DNA of 64,000 nt from Minisyncoccia bacterium (GTDB taxonomy: Bacteria; Patescibacteriota; Minisyncoccia; Phycocordibacterales; UBA918): the NCBI GenBank assembly GCA_041750655.1, contig JBGSYZ010000007.1:41493-105492 (forward strand), written 5' to 3'. How positions within the stretch are numbered: the first letter of the stretch is position 1; each line of letters opens with the position of its first letter. Shown here piece after piece: positions 19,481-29,128 of the stretch. A program made the position numbers and the translations under genes. The notes beneath the pieces are model-generated. The model did not search any database and had not been told where the DNA came from. It saw nothing but the letters and a program-made list of their open reading frames with translations.

Positions 19481-20671
19481 ATGGCAGATTTTGATCGTTC
19501 AAAGCCCCATATGAACGTGGGAACCATTGGTCACGTAGACCATGGTAAGACGACTACAACAGCCGCTATCCTTAGCGTCCTTAACGCCCGTGGTGGTGAT
19601 TACGGAGCTAACGTAAAGGCGGTTGAAGATATTGATAAGGCGCCGGAAGAAAAGGCACGTGGTATTACTATTTCACTCTCGCACAGCGAGTACTGGACAG
19701 CTAATCGCCACTACGCTCACATCGACGCTCCTGGTCACGCAGACTACATTAAAAACATGATCACTGGTGCTGCACAGATGGACGGTGCTGTACTTGTGGT
19801 AGCCGCAACAGACGGAGCTATGCCACAGACACGTGAACACGTGCTTCTTGCTAAACAAGTGGGTGTGCCAAAGATTATCGTATTTTTAAACAAGTGCGAT
19901 ATGGTTGAAGACGAGGATATGATTATGCTCGTTGAAGAGGAACTTCGTGAACTTCTAACTAAGAACGGTTTTGATGGTGCTAATGCGCCGGTCATCAAGG
20001 GTTCAGGCCTTAAGGCTCTAGAAGATCCAGCTGGAGAATGGGGTAATAAGATTGTTGAACTGGTTGACGCCATGGACTCATACTTCCCAATGCCAGAACG
20101 TGAATTAGACAAGCCGTTCCTTATGCCGATTGAGGACATCTTTTCAATTGAAGGACGCGGTACTGTAGTAACAGGCCGGGTTGAACGAGGAGCTGTTAAG
20201 GTTGGTGAAACTATTCAAATTGTTGGAATCAAAGATACTGCCGAAACAACTGTAACGGGAGTAGAAATGTTCAATAAGCAACTTGATAAAGCACAAGCTG
20301 GAGACAACGCTGGAATTCTTCTTCGCGGAACTAAAAAGGAAGATGTACACCGTGGTCAAGTACTAGCCGCTAAGGGTTCTGTAACTCCCCACACTGAGTT
20401 CGAAGCTGAAGTATACGTACTGTCAAAAGATGAAGGAGGTCGTCACACACCATTCTTCTCAGGGTACAAACCACAGTTCTACATTCGTACAACTGACGTA
20501 ACTGGAGATGTAACTCTAGCTGATGGCGTAGAGATGGTTATGCCGGGTGATACGGCTCAGTTTAAGGTAAAGCTTGTAGCTCCAGTGGCTCTTGAAGAAA
20601 AGCAAAGTTTTGCGATTCGTGAAGGAGGTAAGACTGTAGGAGCTGGTGTTGTAACAAAGATTGTTGCATAG
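19481..20671 (+). CDS. tuf: Elongation factor Tu
   Basis: [22 protein letters not shown]-motifs; full-length EF-Tu. Confidence 0.95.
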   Translation: MADFDRSKPHMNVGTIGHVDHGKTTTTAAILSVLNARGGDYGANVKAVEDIDKAPEEKARGITISLSHSEYWTANRHYAHIDAPGHADYIKNMITGAAQMDGAVLVVAATDGAMPQTREHVLLAKQVGVPKIIVFLNKCDMVEDEDMIMLVEEELRELLTKNGFDGANAPVIKGSGLKALEDPAGEWGNKIVELVDAMDSYFPMPERELDKPFLMPIEDIFSIEGRGTVVTGRVERGAVKVGETIQIVGIKDTAETTVTGVEMFNKQLDKAQAGDNAGILLRGTKKEDVHRGQVLAAKGSVTPHTEFEAEVYVLSKDEGGRHTPFFSGYKPQFYIRTTDVTGDVTLADGVEMVMPGDTAQFKVKLVAPVALEEKQSFAIREGGKTVGAGVVTKIVA

Positions 20672-20739
20672 TCAACAATACAAAACGTTGACTTTCCCTC
20701 ATATACCTGTATATTTGGGCAAAATCACAGTATAGAACC

Positions 20740-21093
20740 ATGACAACTAAAACGACAGAAAAAACAAAAGCAACAGCTGCTGGCGAAATCGGAAAATTGC
20801 GAATTCGCGTACGTGCCTATGATCACAAGATTTTAGACGCAAGCGTAAAGCAAATAATCGATACCGCCCTGCGGTTTGATGCGAGCGTAGTGGGACCAAT
20901 TCCACTACCAAACGAAGTTAAGAAATATACAGTTAACCGTTCATCATTCGTCTACAAAGATGCGCGAGAACAGTTCGAAATGCGAACCCATAAACGAGTA
21001 ATTGATATATTAAATCCCGCTCCGAAAGTTATCGAAGCATTAACCAATCTGTCGTTACCGTCTGGAGTCAATATTGACGTCAAAATGATGTAA
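20740..21093 (+). CDS. rpsJ: 30S ribosomal protein S10 (with N-terminal extension)
   Basis: [24 protein letters not shown]...RTHKRVIDI matches S10. Confidence 0.9.
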   Translation: MTTKTTEKTKATAAGEIGKLRIRVRAYDHKILDASVKQIIDTALRFDASVVGPIPLPNEVKKYTVNRSSFVYKDAREQFEMRTHKRVIDILNPAPKVIEALTNLSLPSGVNIDVKMM

Positions 21094-21101
21094 AAATAAA
21101 A

Positions 21102-21133
21102 AGACCCGCTGCGAAAGCAGCGGGTCTTTTTAG
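21102..21133 (+). terminator. Rho-independent terminator after rpsJ
   Basis: AGACCCGCTGC-GAAA-GCAGCGGGTCT followed by TTTTTAG. Confidence 0.75.
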
Positions 21134-21259
21134 TTATCCCCACGTATAGCTTGTTATAACAGGTAAAGGATAAGAGAATACTAACAACGGAGGCGTCCCA
21201 GAGAGGGACCGCCTTTTTTGTTGTTTCACCACACATTATTACATTATAAAATTATACAT

Positions 21260-23770
21260 ATGAGTACCGTACTAAATTTATCAAACATACTAAGAACACT
21301 GGCTCTTAGTTCAATCATAGCCTTGTATGTAGCTACTGCACCAATGGCTTCAGCAGCTTCATTAAGTGATATGTCCAATATCCTTACCAAGCTGCAGACT
21401 ACACTAGAACAATATCTAGCAAAGCTGCCTGGTGGAGATGTTTTGGGTGCTACTACTATCGTGGTAACGAACTCATCTGAGTTAGCAAACGCTATGGCTA
21501 ATGCTACTGGGGGAGAAACCATTCAGTTGGCACCAGGTAACTACGGCAAGATTTTCATTCAGACCGGCACCTACGCAAAATTGGTTGTTGGGGGTACTAC
21601 TATAAAGAATGTGCCAAATCCCTCCAGTCCAGTGTTAATTGAGTCACAGAACGCTAGCAATCCTGCTGTACTGACTCAAATTGATATTCGTAACAGTAAC
21701 TACTGGCATTTCAATAATTTGAACATTTTGCCTGGTCCACAAAAACCAACTTACAACGCGGTGAACTTCGCTGGAGATTATTTAACTCTAGAAAATTCAG
21801 TCATCGACTACGGTAACAACACCAACTACACTGCTAGCGATTGGCTCAACAAAGCTGGTCTCGGAGTATATGTAAACGGGAAGCACAATACCGTAAAAAA
21901 TAACTACCTGCATACTGTCGACAACGGCATCATTGTTGTCCACCATGCTGATTATGCGCAGATTATCAACAACACTGTTGATGGACTTTCAGGCGATGCT
22001 TCACGAGCACTTGGACACTATGGTCTTTTTGAGAACAACCTTTTCAAGAACTTCCATAAAGTTGATGCTAACCACGATGACTGTATGCAGTCATATATGG
22101 AAGCTGGTGTAAGTTCTTCACCAAACGCTGAGACCTTTATTACCGGTACCATTGTTCGAAATAACATTTGTATCGACACCACTGGTTCCCGCAGCGATCC
22201 TTTGTATTCAAACCCACAAGGGTATGTGCAGTTTTCTGGCTCAATGAATAATTGGATAGTTGAAAATAACGTCTATATTTCTTCAGCCTATCACGGGATT
22301 AATATGAGCGGTGGTAACGGTTCAACAATTAAGAACAATACAATCCTTGACTCTGACCCGGTTATAAATGGTTCAGATACAGTGTGGATTCGATTTGCTG
22401 GGGCACAAAATAGTGTGATGAAAGATAATGTTTCAAGTAAGTTTACCAATATTGTTTCTGGAGCAACTTATACCAACAACCAAGTGGTGAATTACAGCAA
22501 CTACGACAACCTCTTCCGCGACTGGCGTAACGGTGACGTTCGACTTAAGAGCGGTCAAAGTCTCAGTGGAGCAGGTGCTAATCTCGATCCAGCTACTGTT
22601 GGTAGCAATCGATCAATCACTACCACCACTCCAACCCCAACCCCAACCCCAACCCCAACCCCAACCCCAACTCCAACTCCAACTCCAACTCCAACTCCAA
22701 CTCCAACTCCAACTCCAACTCCAACCCCAACCCCAACAGCAGCTCCAACTCTTGTTTTCACTGCTTCACCAAGCAATATAACTTCAGCAAGACGAGTTAC
22801 GCTTACATGGACAACGACTGGTGCTACTTCATGTATTGCAAGTGGTTCCTGGTCAGGAAACAAAGCAGTTAATGGTTCGATTACTGACACGTTTAAGAGT
22901 ACAGAAACCCTCACCCTTACTTGTACTGGAGCTGGTGGTAGTGTGAGCAAGGATGTGACAGTTACGCTAGGTACAACCCCTACTCCTACTCCTACTCCTA
23001 CCCCTACCCCTACCCCTACTCCTACTCCAGGAAATGGAGAAGTATCTTGGACTTCAAAGTTTGGTCCACAGTCTAGAGTTGTTACAACAGATGTTGTAAA
23101 TGTTAGAAAGTCAGAAAGCTTTACAACACTCGGCACACAAACAGTAGGAAGTGCTGGTACTGTATTAAACATCAGTCCTATACTTAAAGATGGTTATGTT
23201 TACATTCCAGTTGATTTCGACAATTCACCTGATGGATGGGTTGCAGATACTTTTGTTAGAAATGAACCTGTAACGACTCAAATAGCTGAAACCCCAAAAA
23301 CAGAAACTCCTAAGACAGAAACTCCTAAGACAGAGACTCCAAAAACCGAACAACCAACTACTGAAACCCCTAAAACAGAGGTTTCAAAGACAGAGACTCC
23401 AACTACTGAAACCCCTAAAACTACCGAAGGTGTTACTGAAAGAATTATCACTACCGATCGTGTTAATGTTCGAGAAAAAGCTGGTGGTAAAGTCTTGGGT
23501 ATACAACCAGAACGTAGTCAAGGTACAGTATTAAACATTGAACCAAAAGCTAATAGTGGTTACACCTACATCCCAGTCAACTTCGATTCTGGAGTAGACG
23601 GATGGGTAGCTGATAAGTTTGTCACAATTGAAGGTGGTTCAACTTCAGTTGAGACACCACGCACCGAAGGTTCAACGGTTAACGCTGAAACTATTCGAGC
23701 CATGATTAATGATTTGTTAGCTCAGATTGCTGCTCTGCAAGCGCTCTTAGCTCAAATGCAAGGTAATTAA
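21260..23770 (+). CDS. Secreted right-handed beta-helix (pectate-lyase-fold) protein with PT-rich linkers and two SH3b-like domains
   Basis: Signal peptide (likely start M15 of track ORF 21218); NNxxxG / NNYLH parallel beta-helix repeats; (TP)n linkers; two homologous ~60-aa segments (TTDxVNVRxxxxxxxLGxQxxxxxGTVLNIxP...GYxYIPVxFDxxxDGWVADxFV) typical of bacterial SH3 domains; C-terminal coiled coil. Confidence 0.6.
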   Translation: MSTVLNLSNILRTLALSSIIALYVATAPMASAASLSDMSNILTKLQTTLEQYLAKLPGGDVLGATTIVVTNSSELANAMANATGGETIQLAPGNYGKIFIQTGTYAKLVVGGTTIKNVPNPSSPVLIESQNASNPAVLTQIDIRNSNYWHFNNLNILPGPQKPTYNAVNFAGDYLTLENSVIDYGNNTNYTASDWLNKAGLGVYVNGKHNTVKNNYLHTVDNGIIVVHHADYAQIINNTVDGLSGDASRALGHYGLFENNLFKNFHKVDANHDDCMQSYMEAGVSSSPNAETFITGTIVRNNICIDTTGSRSDPLYSNPQGYVQFSGSMNNWIVENNVYISSAYHGINMSGGNGSTIKNNTILDSDPVINGSDTVWIRFAGAQNSVMKDNVSSKFTNIVSGATYTNNQVVNYSNYDNLFRDWRNGDVRLKSGQSLSGAGANLDPATVGSNRSITTTTPTPTPTPTPTPTPTPTPTPTPTPTPTPTPTPTPTPTAAPTLVFTASPSNITSARRVTLTWTTTGATSCIASGSWSGNKAVNGSITDTFKSTETLTLTCTGAGGSVSKDVTVTLGTTPTPTPTPTPTPTPTPTPGNGEVSWTSKFGPQSRVVTTDVVNVRKSESFTTLGTQTVGSAGTVLNISPILKDGYVYIPVDFDNSPDGWVADTFVRNEPVTTQIAETPKTETPKTETPKTETPKTEQPTTETPKTEVSKTETPTTETPKTTEGVTERIITTDRVNVREKAGGKVLGIQPERSQGTVLNIEPKANSGYTYIPVNFDSGVDGWVADKFVTIEGGSTSVETPRTEGSTVNAETIRAMINDLLAQIAALQALLAQMQGN
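22621..22742 (+). repeat. Tandem hexanucleotide repeat (ACYCCA)n, ~20 units, encoding a (TP)n linker
   Basis: ACTCCAACCCCAACCCCA...ACTCCAACTCCA perfect period-6 array inside the CDS. Confidence 0.9.
22975..23030 (+). repeat. Second hexanucleotide array (ACYCCT)n, ~9 units, encoding (TP)n
   Basis: ACCCCTACTCCTACTCCT... period 6. Confidence 0.85.
23288..23425 (+). repeat. Period-15 coding repeat (ETPKT)n
   Basis: GAAACTCCTAAGACA repeated with minor variation, 8-9 units. Confidence 0.8.
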
Positions 23771-23801
23771 TCACAACCAGTCAATCCCTTTGATTGACAA
23801 C

Positions 23802-23832
23802 AAAACCCCGCATGTGCGGGGTTTTGTTTTGT
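23802..23832 (+). terminator. Rho-independent terminator after the 850-aa gene
   Basis: AAAACCCCGCA-TGT-GCGGGGTTTT followed by GTTTTGT. Confidence 0.75.
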
Positions 23833-23986
23833 ACACATATTTTGCTTGTGTTTATTGAGCAAAAGAGAGATAATATAAGAGCAACAGGAGGGCGGTTCCG
23901 AAAGGAACCGCCCTCACTCTGTTGTAGTAGTACCATTGAACACCTTAGTGGTACTGACTTGTTCTTTAGTTCTTTAATCAAATAAA

Positions 23987-24142
23987 TATGTTTGAAGAAA
24001 CATTGCCGGTGGAGATGCCTAAACAAATGGTGTCTTCTGCAAGCGATGATCGCTGGCTCGTAGAGTGTCTTACTCTCGCTGCGTTTGTTGCGCTGGCAAG
24101 CTCCCAGATTTTGGGACAAAATGTATTAGTAGCTCTTCTATA
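23987..24142 (+). CDS. Possible small protein (51 aa), not in the ORF track
   Basis: ATG...TAA ORF MFEETLPVEMPKQMVSSASDDRWLVECLTLAAFVALASSQILGQNVLVALL, followed by terminator hairpin AAAGCCCG...CGGGCTTT (24164..24195). Confidence 0.25.
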
Positions 24143-24340
24143 AGAGATACTCTTCAGCAAATCAAAGCCCGACTAACTATCGGGCTTTTGCTTTTAAGTG
24201 AACAAACGAGCGGAGCGACTATTGTGAACTTATGCAGGAAAGTTCAGGTAGATTGCGACACAGGAGAGCAATATACCGAACTTTGTCGCACAAGTGTCAT
24301 GACGTGATTTAAAGTTTTGAGTCTTAATCTTAATGAAAGA

Positions 24341-24363
24341 AGCCGCCCTCCTTGAGGGCGGCT
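24341..24363 (-). terminator. Terminator hairpin downstream of the high-GC minus-strand gene
   Basis: AGCCGCCCTC-CTTG-AGGGCGGCT; on the minus strand it follows the extended ORF end (24386). Confidence 0.5.
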
Positions 24364-24556
24364 TCGGTCGCAAGGTGCTTTTGGTTCAAGTAGCGATTCT
24401 TTGCTTTCGCTGCTCGTAGAAATTAGCGGCTTCAGCAAATGCATCGCTTGAGCGCCATCGAGCCAGCCAGGAAAGCCGATACGGCTTCTCGGCTGGTGTA
24501 TAGATCACCTGGACATTGTCAGGGTGGTCGTCCGCCGGGTCGGCATTGGTCAGGTT

Positions 24557-24997
24557 TCAGTCGATTTCCTGTTCGGTGCCGAGCAAGTTTCCATCTTCAT
24601 CGAAGATTTCGAAGAAGTCGAGACCATACGAGCGGGCCAGCTTGTGTCTGTAGTCACAGGTCGGCATGAACATGACCGGGCTTGAGAATTGGTCCCACCA
24701 ACGCCCGATGCGCCAGCCTATTGTTCGTTCGAAAATCGGACCGCTGTAATGGTGGTGTTGAAAGCGAACGGCAGCAACGGTGAAATCTGTATAGAGAAGC
24801 AGGAACGTCAGCACGAACGGTGCTCCCAGCCATGTCGGCAATGCCAAGCTGGCACCGGCCAGCATTAGATAGATGAGAGCGTAGGTGGTCCATATGTCGG
24901 CCACGTAGCGAGTCTTCTCGCCTCCCCGGTAGACCGGACAACCGGTCGTAAAAGGGTTGTAGGATTCCATATAATCAGGGCGCATTTTGGCCTCCAA
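24557..24997 (-). CDS. High-GC polytopic membrane protein (hypothetical), ending at an in-frame TGA; the frame continues to 24386
   Basis: About 55% GC against ~40% background; TM helices; HHHY motif; frame stays open for 56 further codons after the TGA at 24557-24559. Confidence 0.4.
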   Translation of the reverse strand: MEAKMRPDYMESYNPFTTGCPVYRGGEKTRYVADIWTTYALIYLMLAGASLALPTWLGAPFVLTFLLLYTDFTVAAVRFQHHHYSGPIFERTIGWRIGRWWDQFSSPVMFMPTCDYRHKLARSYGLDFFEIFDEDGNLLGTEQEID

Positions 24998-25059
24998 AGC
25001 CGAAGTTGTTTTCTATTTACTATTATAGCATATTTAGACCTAAAGTCAAGCAATAAACC

Positions 25060-25087
25060 TTGCAAATACTCAGTAAATCCGTATACT
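25060..25087 (+). promoter_or_regulatory. Sigma70-like promoter for the rplC block
   Basis: TTGCAA - 16 nt - TATACT. Confidence 0.45.
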
Positions 25088-25152
25088 AACCGCAGCTTTT
25101 AAAGACCTACGTTCGTTGATTGTTGGCTTGCCAACATGAGAACCACTGGGCA

Positions 25153-25210
25153 CAAACCGCGCTTTTTTGCTCGAGCTTTGTGCTCGACCATGCGCGGTTT
25201 TGTATTTTAT
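25153..25210 (+). promoter_or_regulatory. Leader stem-loop plus U-run upstream of rplC (attenuator-like)
   Basis: CAAACCGCGC ... GCGCGGTTTG long-range stem enclosing the GCTCGAGC palindrome, followed by TGTATTTT. Confidence 0.35.
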
Positions 25211-25259
25211 ACAAACACCATGCGGTCTAAAGCTAATTTATTAATTAACCAAGAACGCA

Positions 25260-25880
25260 ATGAAATTTATTCTTGGCATCAAAGACAGCATGACGCAAGT
25301 CTTTGACGACAACGGTCTGGCTCATCCAGCTACAATTTTACGTGTCGAACCAAGTGTGATTACTCAGGTGAAAACCAAGGAATCAGACGGGTACGACGCC
25401 GTACAGGTAGCTTCAGTTGAGCAAAAGGAACACCGAGTCGGTAAAGCTGAAAAGGGCCACTTTGGTAATGCGTACAAGCACGCCAAAGAGTTTCGTCCCA
25501 ATGTGATGAAAAAAGAATCACTGGAGGGGCTTGAGAAAGGAGCAACAATCAAAGTGTCGGTTTTCGAACCGGGTGACAAGATTGCGGTTTCGGCTATCTC
25601 TAAAGGTAAAGGATTCCAAGGCGGTGTGAAGCGTCACGGCTTCTCTGGCGGACCAGCGAGTCACGGACATAAGCACAATCACCGGGCTCCAGGCTCAATC
25701 GGTTCAACTGGTCCTGCTCGCGTATTTAAAGGCGTGCGTATGGCTGGCCGAATGGGTGCTGACCGAGTAACGGTTAAAAATCTAACAGTACTGCAAGTAA
25801 ACGAAGAACATAATATTCTGCTCGTAGAAGGTGCAGTACCAGGTCGAAAAGGAACATTAGTGGAGGTGCGTGGCATCTAA
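25260..25880 (+). CDS. rplC: 50S ribosomal protein L3
   Basis: Sequence similarity to L3; operon context. Confidence 0.9.
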   Translation: MKFILGIKDSMTQVFDDNGLAHPATILRVEPSVITQVKTKESDGYDAVQVASVEQKEHRVGKAEKGHFGNAYKHAKEFRPNVMKKESLEGLEKGATIKVSVFEPGDKIAVSAISKGKGFQGGVKRHGFSGGPASHGHKHNHRAPGSIGSTGPARVFKGVRMAGRMGADRVTVKNLTVLQVNEEHNILLVEGAVPGRKGTLVEVRGI

Positions 25881-25897
25881 GTCATAACAACATACAT

Positions 25898-26590
25898 ATG
25901 GAAACAAAAGTATTCGACATCGCTGGAAAAGAAGCTGGAAAAGTTTCTTTACCTGAGTCTGTGTTTGGTGTGGCTTGGAATGCTGACTTGGTACACGAGG
26001 TTGTGGTAGCTATGCAAAGCAACGCTCGCGCTGGTACCGCCCACACTAAAGACCGAAGTGAAGTACGCGGAGGTGGTAAAAAGCCTTGGAAACAAAAAGG
26101 AACAGGACGCGCTCGTCACGGGTCAAGTCGGTCACCGATTTGGACAGGTGGTGGAGTAGCTCATGGGCCTCGAAATGACAAAGACTACAGCAAGAAAGTA
26201 AACAAGAACGCCAAGGCTAAAGCCCTAGCGTCAGTACTATCAAAGAAATTTGCTGATGGAGAAATGATTTTCATCAATGAATTTAATTTTGCTGAACCAA
26301 AGACCACCGAGGCCAAGAAAGCTATTATGGCTATTGCCAAAGGTAGCAAGAACGAAGAGTTAGCGACCAAACGTAAGAATGCTGCTCTGATTGTTCTAAC
26401 TGAACGTGATCTAAACACTGAGAAGAGTCTACGAAACTTCAGCAACCTCGAGGTGGCTCAAGTGAAAGACATCAACCCAGTTTCACTTCTCACTTACAAG
26501 TATGTACTCGTCGCTTCACCAGAAGCAGCCTTTGAAGTACTCACCAATCGGGTGTCTACCAAAGTGGCTCGAGTTACAAAAGATAACTAA
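25898..26590 (+). CDS. rplD: 50S ribosomal protein L4
   Basis: Similarity and context. Confidence 0.9.
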   Translation: METKVFDIAGKEAGKVSLPESVFGVAWNADLVHEVVVAMQSNARAGTAHTKDRSEVRGGGKKPWKQKGTGRARHGSSRSPIWTGGGVAHGPRNDKDYSKKVNKNAKAKALASVLSKKFADGEMIFINEFNFAEPKTTEAKKAIMAIAKGSKNEELATKRKNAALIVLTERDLNTEKSLRNFSNLEVAQVKDINPVSLLTYKYVLVASPEAAFEVLTNRVSTKVARVTKDN

Positions 26591-26595
26591 TTAGT

Positions 26596-26988
26596 ATGGC
26601 ACTCTTTGGAAAGAAAAAAGAAGAAAAGAAGAATGCTGAAGACACTACAGTAGTAGAAAAAACGGTGGCTACAAAGCCAGCAGTTAACTACTCAACACCA
26701 AGTGATCGTAACCTTGAAGGTGTTATCGTTCGTCCTCATCTGACTGAAAAAGCAGTGGGTATGACTGGTAAGAATGTGTACACCTTTGAAGTGAGCGCCC
26801 GAGCAACAAAAATTGATGTTCGTGACGCAGTAGCACTAGTGTATGGTGTCACGCCGGTGAAGGTTAACATCGTTAAAAAAGCACCTCGCTCTTCCATGTC
26901 GCGAGCTCGTGGCCGCAAGGTAACAGTTAGAGGTATGAAGAAGGCCTACGTCTACCTTAAGAAGGGAGACACCATTAATATGGTCTAA
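26596..26988 (+). CDS. rplW: 50S ribosomal protein L23 (with N-terminal extension)
   Basis: Similarity and context. Confidence 0.85.
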   Translation: MALFGKKKEEKKNAEDTTVVEKTVATKPAVNYSTPSDRNLEGVIVRPHLTEKAVGMTGKNVYTFEVSARATKIDVRDAVALVYGVTPVKVNIVKKAPRSSMSRARGRKVTVRGMKKAYVYLKKGDTINMV

Positions 26989-27036
26989 GGACCGTTAGGA
27001 AGATAAGACTATTGTCACTAATTTCTAACTCAGATT

Positions 27037-27885
27037 ATGAAAAAATATAAACCAACCTCAGCCGGACGCCGTGATGGTTCCGTGATTGAGTACAAGAAAA
27101 AACTAACTTCGACGGCGAGTAAGCCACACAAGGCGCTGACCAAAGGTAAACGCTCAACCGGTGGCCGCAACAGCCAGGGAAGGACTACTACCCTACACCG
27201 AGGTGGTGGTAATAAACGAAAATATCGCGACATTGATTTTGTGTTCAATAAGAAAGATATTCCCGCCAAGATTGAAACGATAGAATACGATCCTAACCGC
27301 AGCGCTTTCATCGCACTCGTTTGTTATGCAGACGGGGAACGACGCTACATTCTGGCTGGTAGCGAAATGAAAGCTGGTGATATGGTTATTACTTCAGCTA
27401 AGGCTAGGCCTAAGTCAGGTAATCGACTACCATTGGGGAATATTCCAGCCGGTACCTTCGTGCACAGTGTTGAGCTCAAACCCGGTGCAGGTGCTCGGAT
27501 GGTGCGAAGTGCTGGTAACTACGCAGAAGTGGTAGCTCACGACAGCGGGTACTCACAGTTGAAAATGCCTTCAACTGAAATCCGAAGAGTACTCTCAACG
27601 TGTTGGGCCACAGTCGGAGAAGTTAGTAATGATGAATACCGTTTAGTACGTATTGGTAAGGCTGGACGCGCACGTCATATGGGACTTCGTCCAAAGACAC
27701 GTGGTACTGCTCAAAACCCAGTCGACCACCCACACGGAGGTGGAGAGGGTGTAAGTCCACGTGGACACCGTCGGGCTCGTACAAAGCAAGGACGACCGAC
27801 TGGTAAAGGTCAAAAGACCCGTTCACCAAAGAAGTACAGTAATAAACTTATTGTATCTCGGCGAAAAGTTGGTAAGCGCCGCTAG
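27037..27885 (+). CDS. rplB: 50S ribosomal protein L2
   Basis: GTAQNPVDHPHGGGEG motif; similarity. Confidence 0.95.
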   Translation: MKKYKPTSAGRRDGSVIEYKKKLTSTASKPHKALTKGKRSTGGRNSQGRTTTLHRGGGNKRKYRDIDFVFNKKDIPAKIETIEYDPNRSAFIALVCYADGERRYILAGSEMKAGDMVITSAKARPKSGNRLPLGNIPAGTFVHSVELKPGAGARMVRSAGNYAEVVAHDSGYSQLKMPSTEIRRVLSTCWATVGEVSNDEYRLVRIGKAGRARHMGLRPKTRGTAQNPVDHPHGGGEGVSPRGHRRARTKQGRPTGKGQKTRSPKKYSNKLIVSRRKVGKRR

Positions 27886-27943
27886 ACATCTTTTGAGTAA
27901 ATTTGAATGTCTAGTGGTAAACTAAAGACAGATATACCAAAAA

Positions 27944-27970
27944 CCGGGACGCTATGCGGCCCGGTTTTTG
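27944..27970 (+). terminator. Rho-independent terminator after rplB
   Basis: CCGGGACGC-TAT-GCGGCCCGG (one mismatch) followed by TTTTTG. Confidence 0.6.
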
Positions 27971-28030
27971 TATTGTAAATTGAATATAATTGTAGTATAA
28001 AATATTGCAGAAGAAGTGGAGGAGTGACTC

Positions 28031-28375
28031 ATGTCAATTTACATTGGTTGGGGCTTGATCGGCGCTCTAATTCCTTTTGGATTAGCTGTCTTATTTTTCA
28101 TTTACTTTCATCTATGGCACTTTCCTTTTGTAGTGCAAAAGAAACCAAGGGAAACAACATATAATGAAAACATAAAAAGATGGGAAAATTGGATGATATT
28201 TTATGACTCGGCGGAAAGTACATCTGTGCATGTTTCACGATACCCAATGGTGAATAGAATTTTTTCGTATATCAATCTTGGATTTACCTTCGCACTTGGG
28301 GAGACATTTCCATTAATGGTTGCTATGGGATGTGTTGGATTGATTGGGGAGAATATATATCGATTTTTCTTTTGA
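28031..28375 (+). CDS. Membrane protein (hypothetical)
   Basis: Three hydrophobic helices; 114 aa. Confidence 0.4.
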   Translation: MSIYIGWGLIGALIPFGLAVLFFIYFHLWHFPFVVQKKPRETTYNENIKRWENWMIFYDSAESTSVHVSRYPMVNRIFSYINLGFTFALGETFPLMVAMGCVGLIGENIYRFFF

Positions 28376-28427
28376 AGTATTATGAGTCGGACGCGCAGCG
28401 TCCGGCTTTTTGTTATACTAAAAGTAT

Positions 28428-28676
28428 ATGTTTAATCTGAATAAAATGTTTGGTGGTCCATATAATAAAGTAGAAACGGCATCGACTGAAGAAATTACTA
28501 ACAAAGCAAAAGAAATTCTATTTAATTTACGTGACACTGTACCGGGTCCGAACCCGCATCTTGATAGTTTGTACGCTGAGTTCGCAGCACTTATCGGTGA
28601 AGAAGGTTTAAGTAATGAAGAGCTAAGTGCTAGAGCTCGAGAATTAGCTCAGGATGAAATTAAAGAAGTGGCTTAG
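28428..28676 (+). CDS. Hypothetical protein
   Basis: 82-aa ORF followed by a GC-rich hairpin and T-run (28696..28730). Confidence 0.4.
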   Translation: MFNLNKMFGGPYNKVETASTEEITNKAKEILFNLRDTVPGPNPHLDSLYAEFAALIGEEGLSNEELSARARELAQDEIKEVA

Positions 28677-28744
28677 GTTTAAAATTAATAAATAAAAACA
28701 GGCGCACCCTACGGGCGCACCTGTTTTTATTCTCATGATTGAAA

Positions 28745-29107
28745 TCATTTTCCTGGCTTACGCTCCCGTTCATTAAACGTAAAGTTTTTGAGGGATTTAT
28801 CTTGTTGGAGTTCGTAAAAAATTTCTTTGGCATCTCGTTCGGTGTGCACAGCTACTTTTTGTACGCTCTGACCGCTAATGAGGAGTTCTAGGCCGCCGGT
28901 GGTGTAGGTGGCGGTCGCGAAGCGACCGCCACCGCGCGCTCCCCGCACCATCCGAATCTCTCCCGGGGCAATCATTTTCACCCCATTTATTTTAGTAAGA
29001 GCCCCAACCACCAATTTGGCGGTTTCGGTCAGGCTTGTATGTTCTCGACCGCGGGGTTTAGGCATATGGCGCAATATAGCATAGAAATAAAAAAGAAGGC
29101 CCGGCAC
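28745..29107 (-). CDS. Hypothetical protein (Gly/Ala-rich core)
   Basis: 120-aa ORF; no confident family assignment. Confidence 0.4.
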   Translation of the reverse strand: MPGLLFYFYAILRHMPKPRGREHTSLTETAKLVVGALTKINGVKMIAPGEIRMVRGARGGGRFATATYTTGGLELLISGQSVQKVAVHTERDAKEIFYELQQDKSLKNFTFNERERKPGK

Positions 29108-29128
29108 CTTTTGGCGCCGGGTTAAAAC

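Noticed and set aside
22621-23030. Possible CRISPR array because of short perfect tandem repeats
   Set aside because: Period is 6 nt with no spacers and the repeats are in frame inside a CDS; these are coding PT-linker repeats, not CRISPR.
22555-23172. 205-aa minus-strand ORF with (GV)n repeats
   Set aside because: It is the antisense of the (TP)n hexanucleotide repeats inside the 850-aa plus-strand gene; spurious.
23781-24119. 112-aa minus-strand ORF
   Set aside because: It spans two terminator hairpins and the probable 51-aa plus-strand micro-gene; low-complexity translation; spurious.
24654-24941. 95-aa ORF in an alternative frame of the high-GC gene
   Set aside because: High-GC DNA yields long open frames by chance; it overlaps the better-supported membrane-protein frame.
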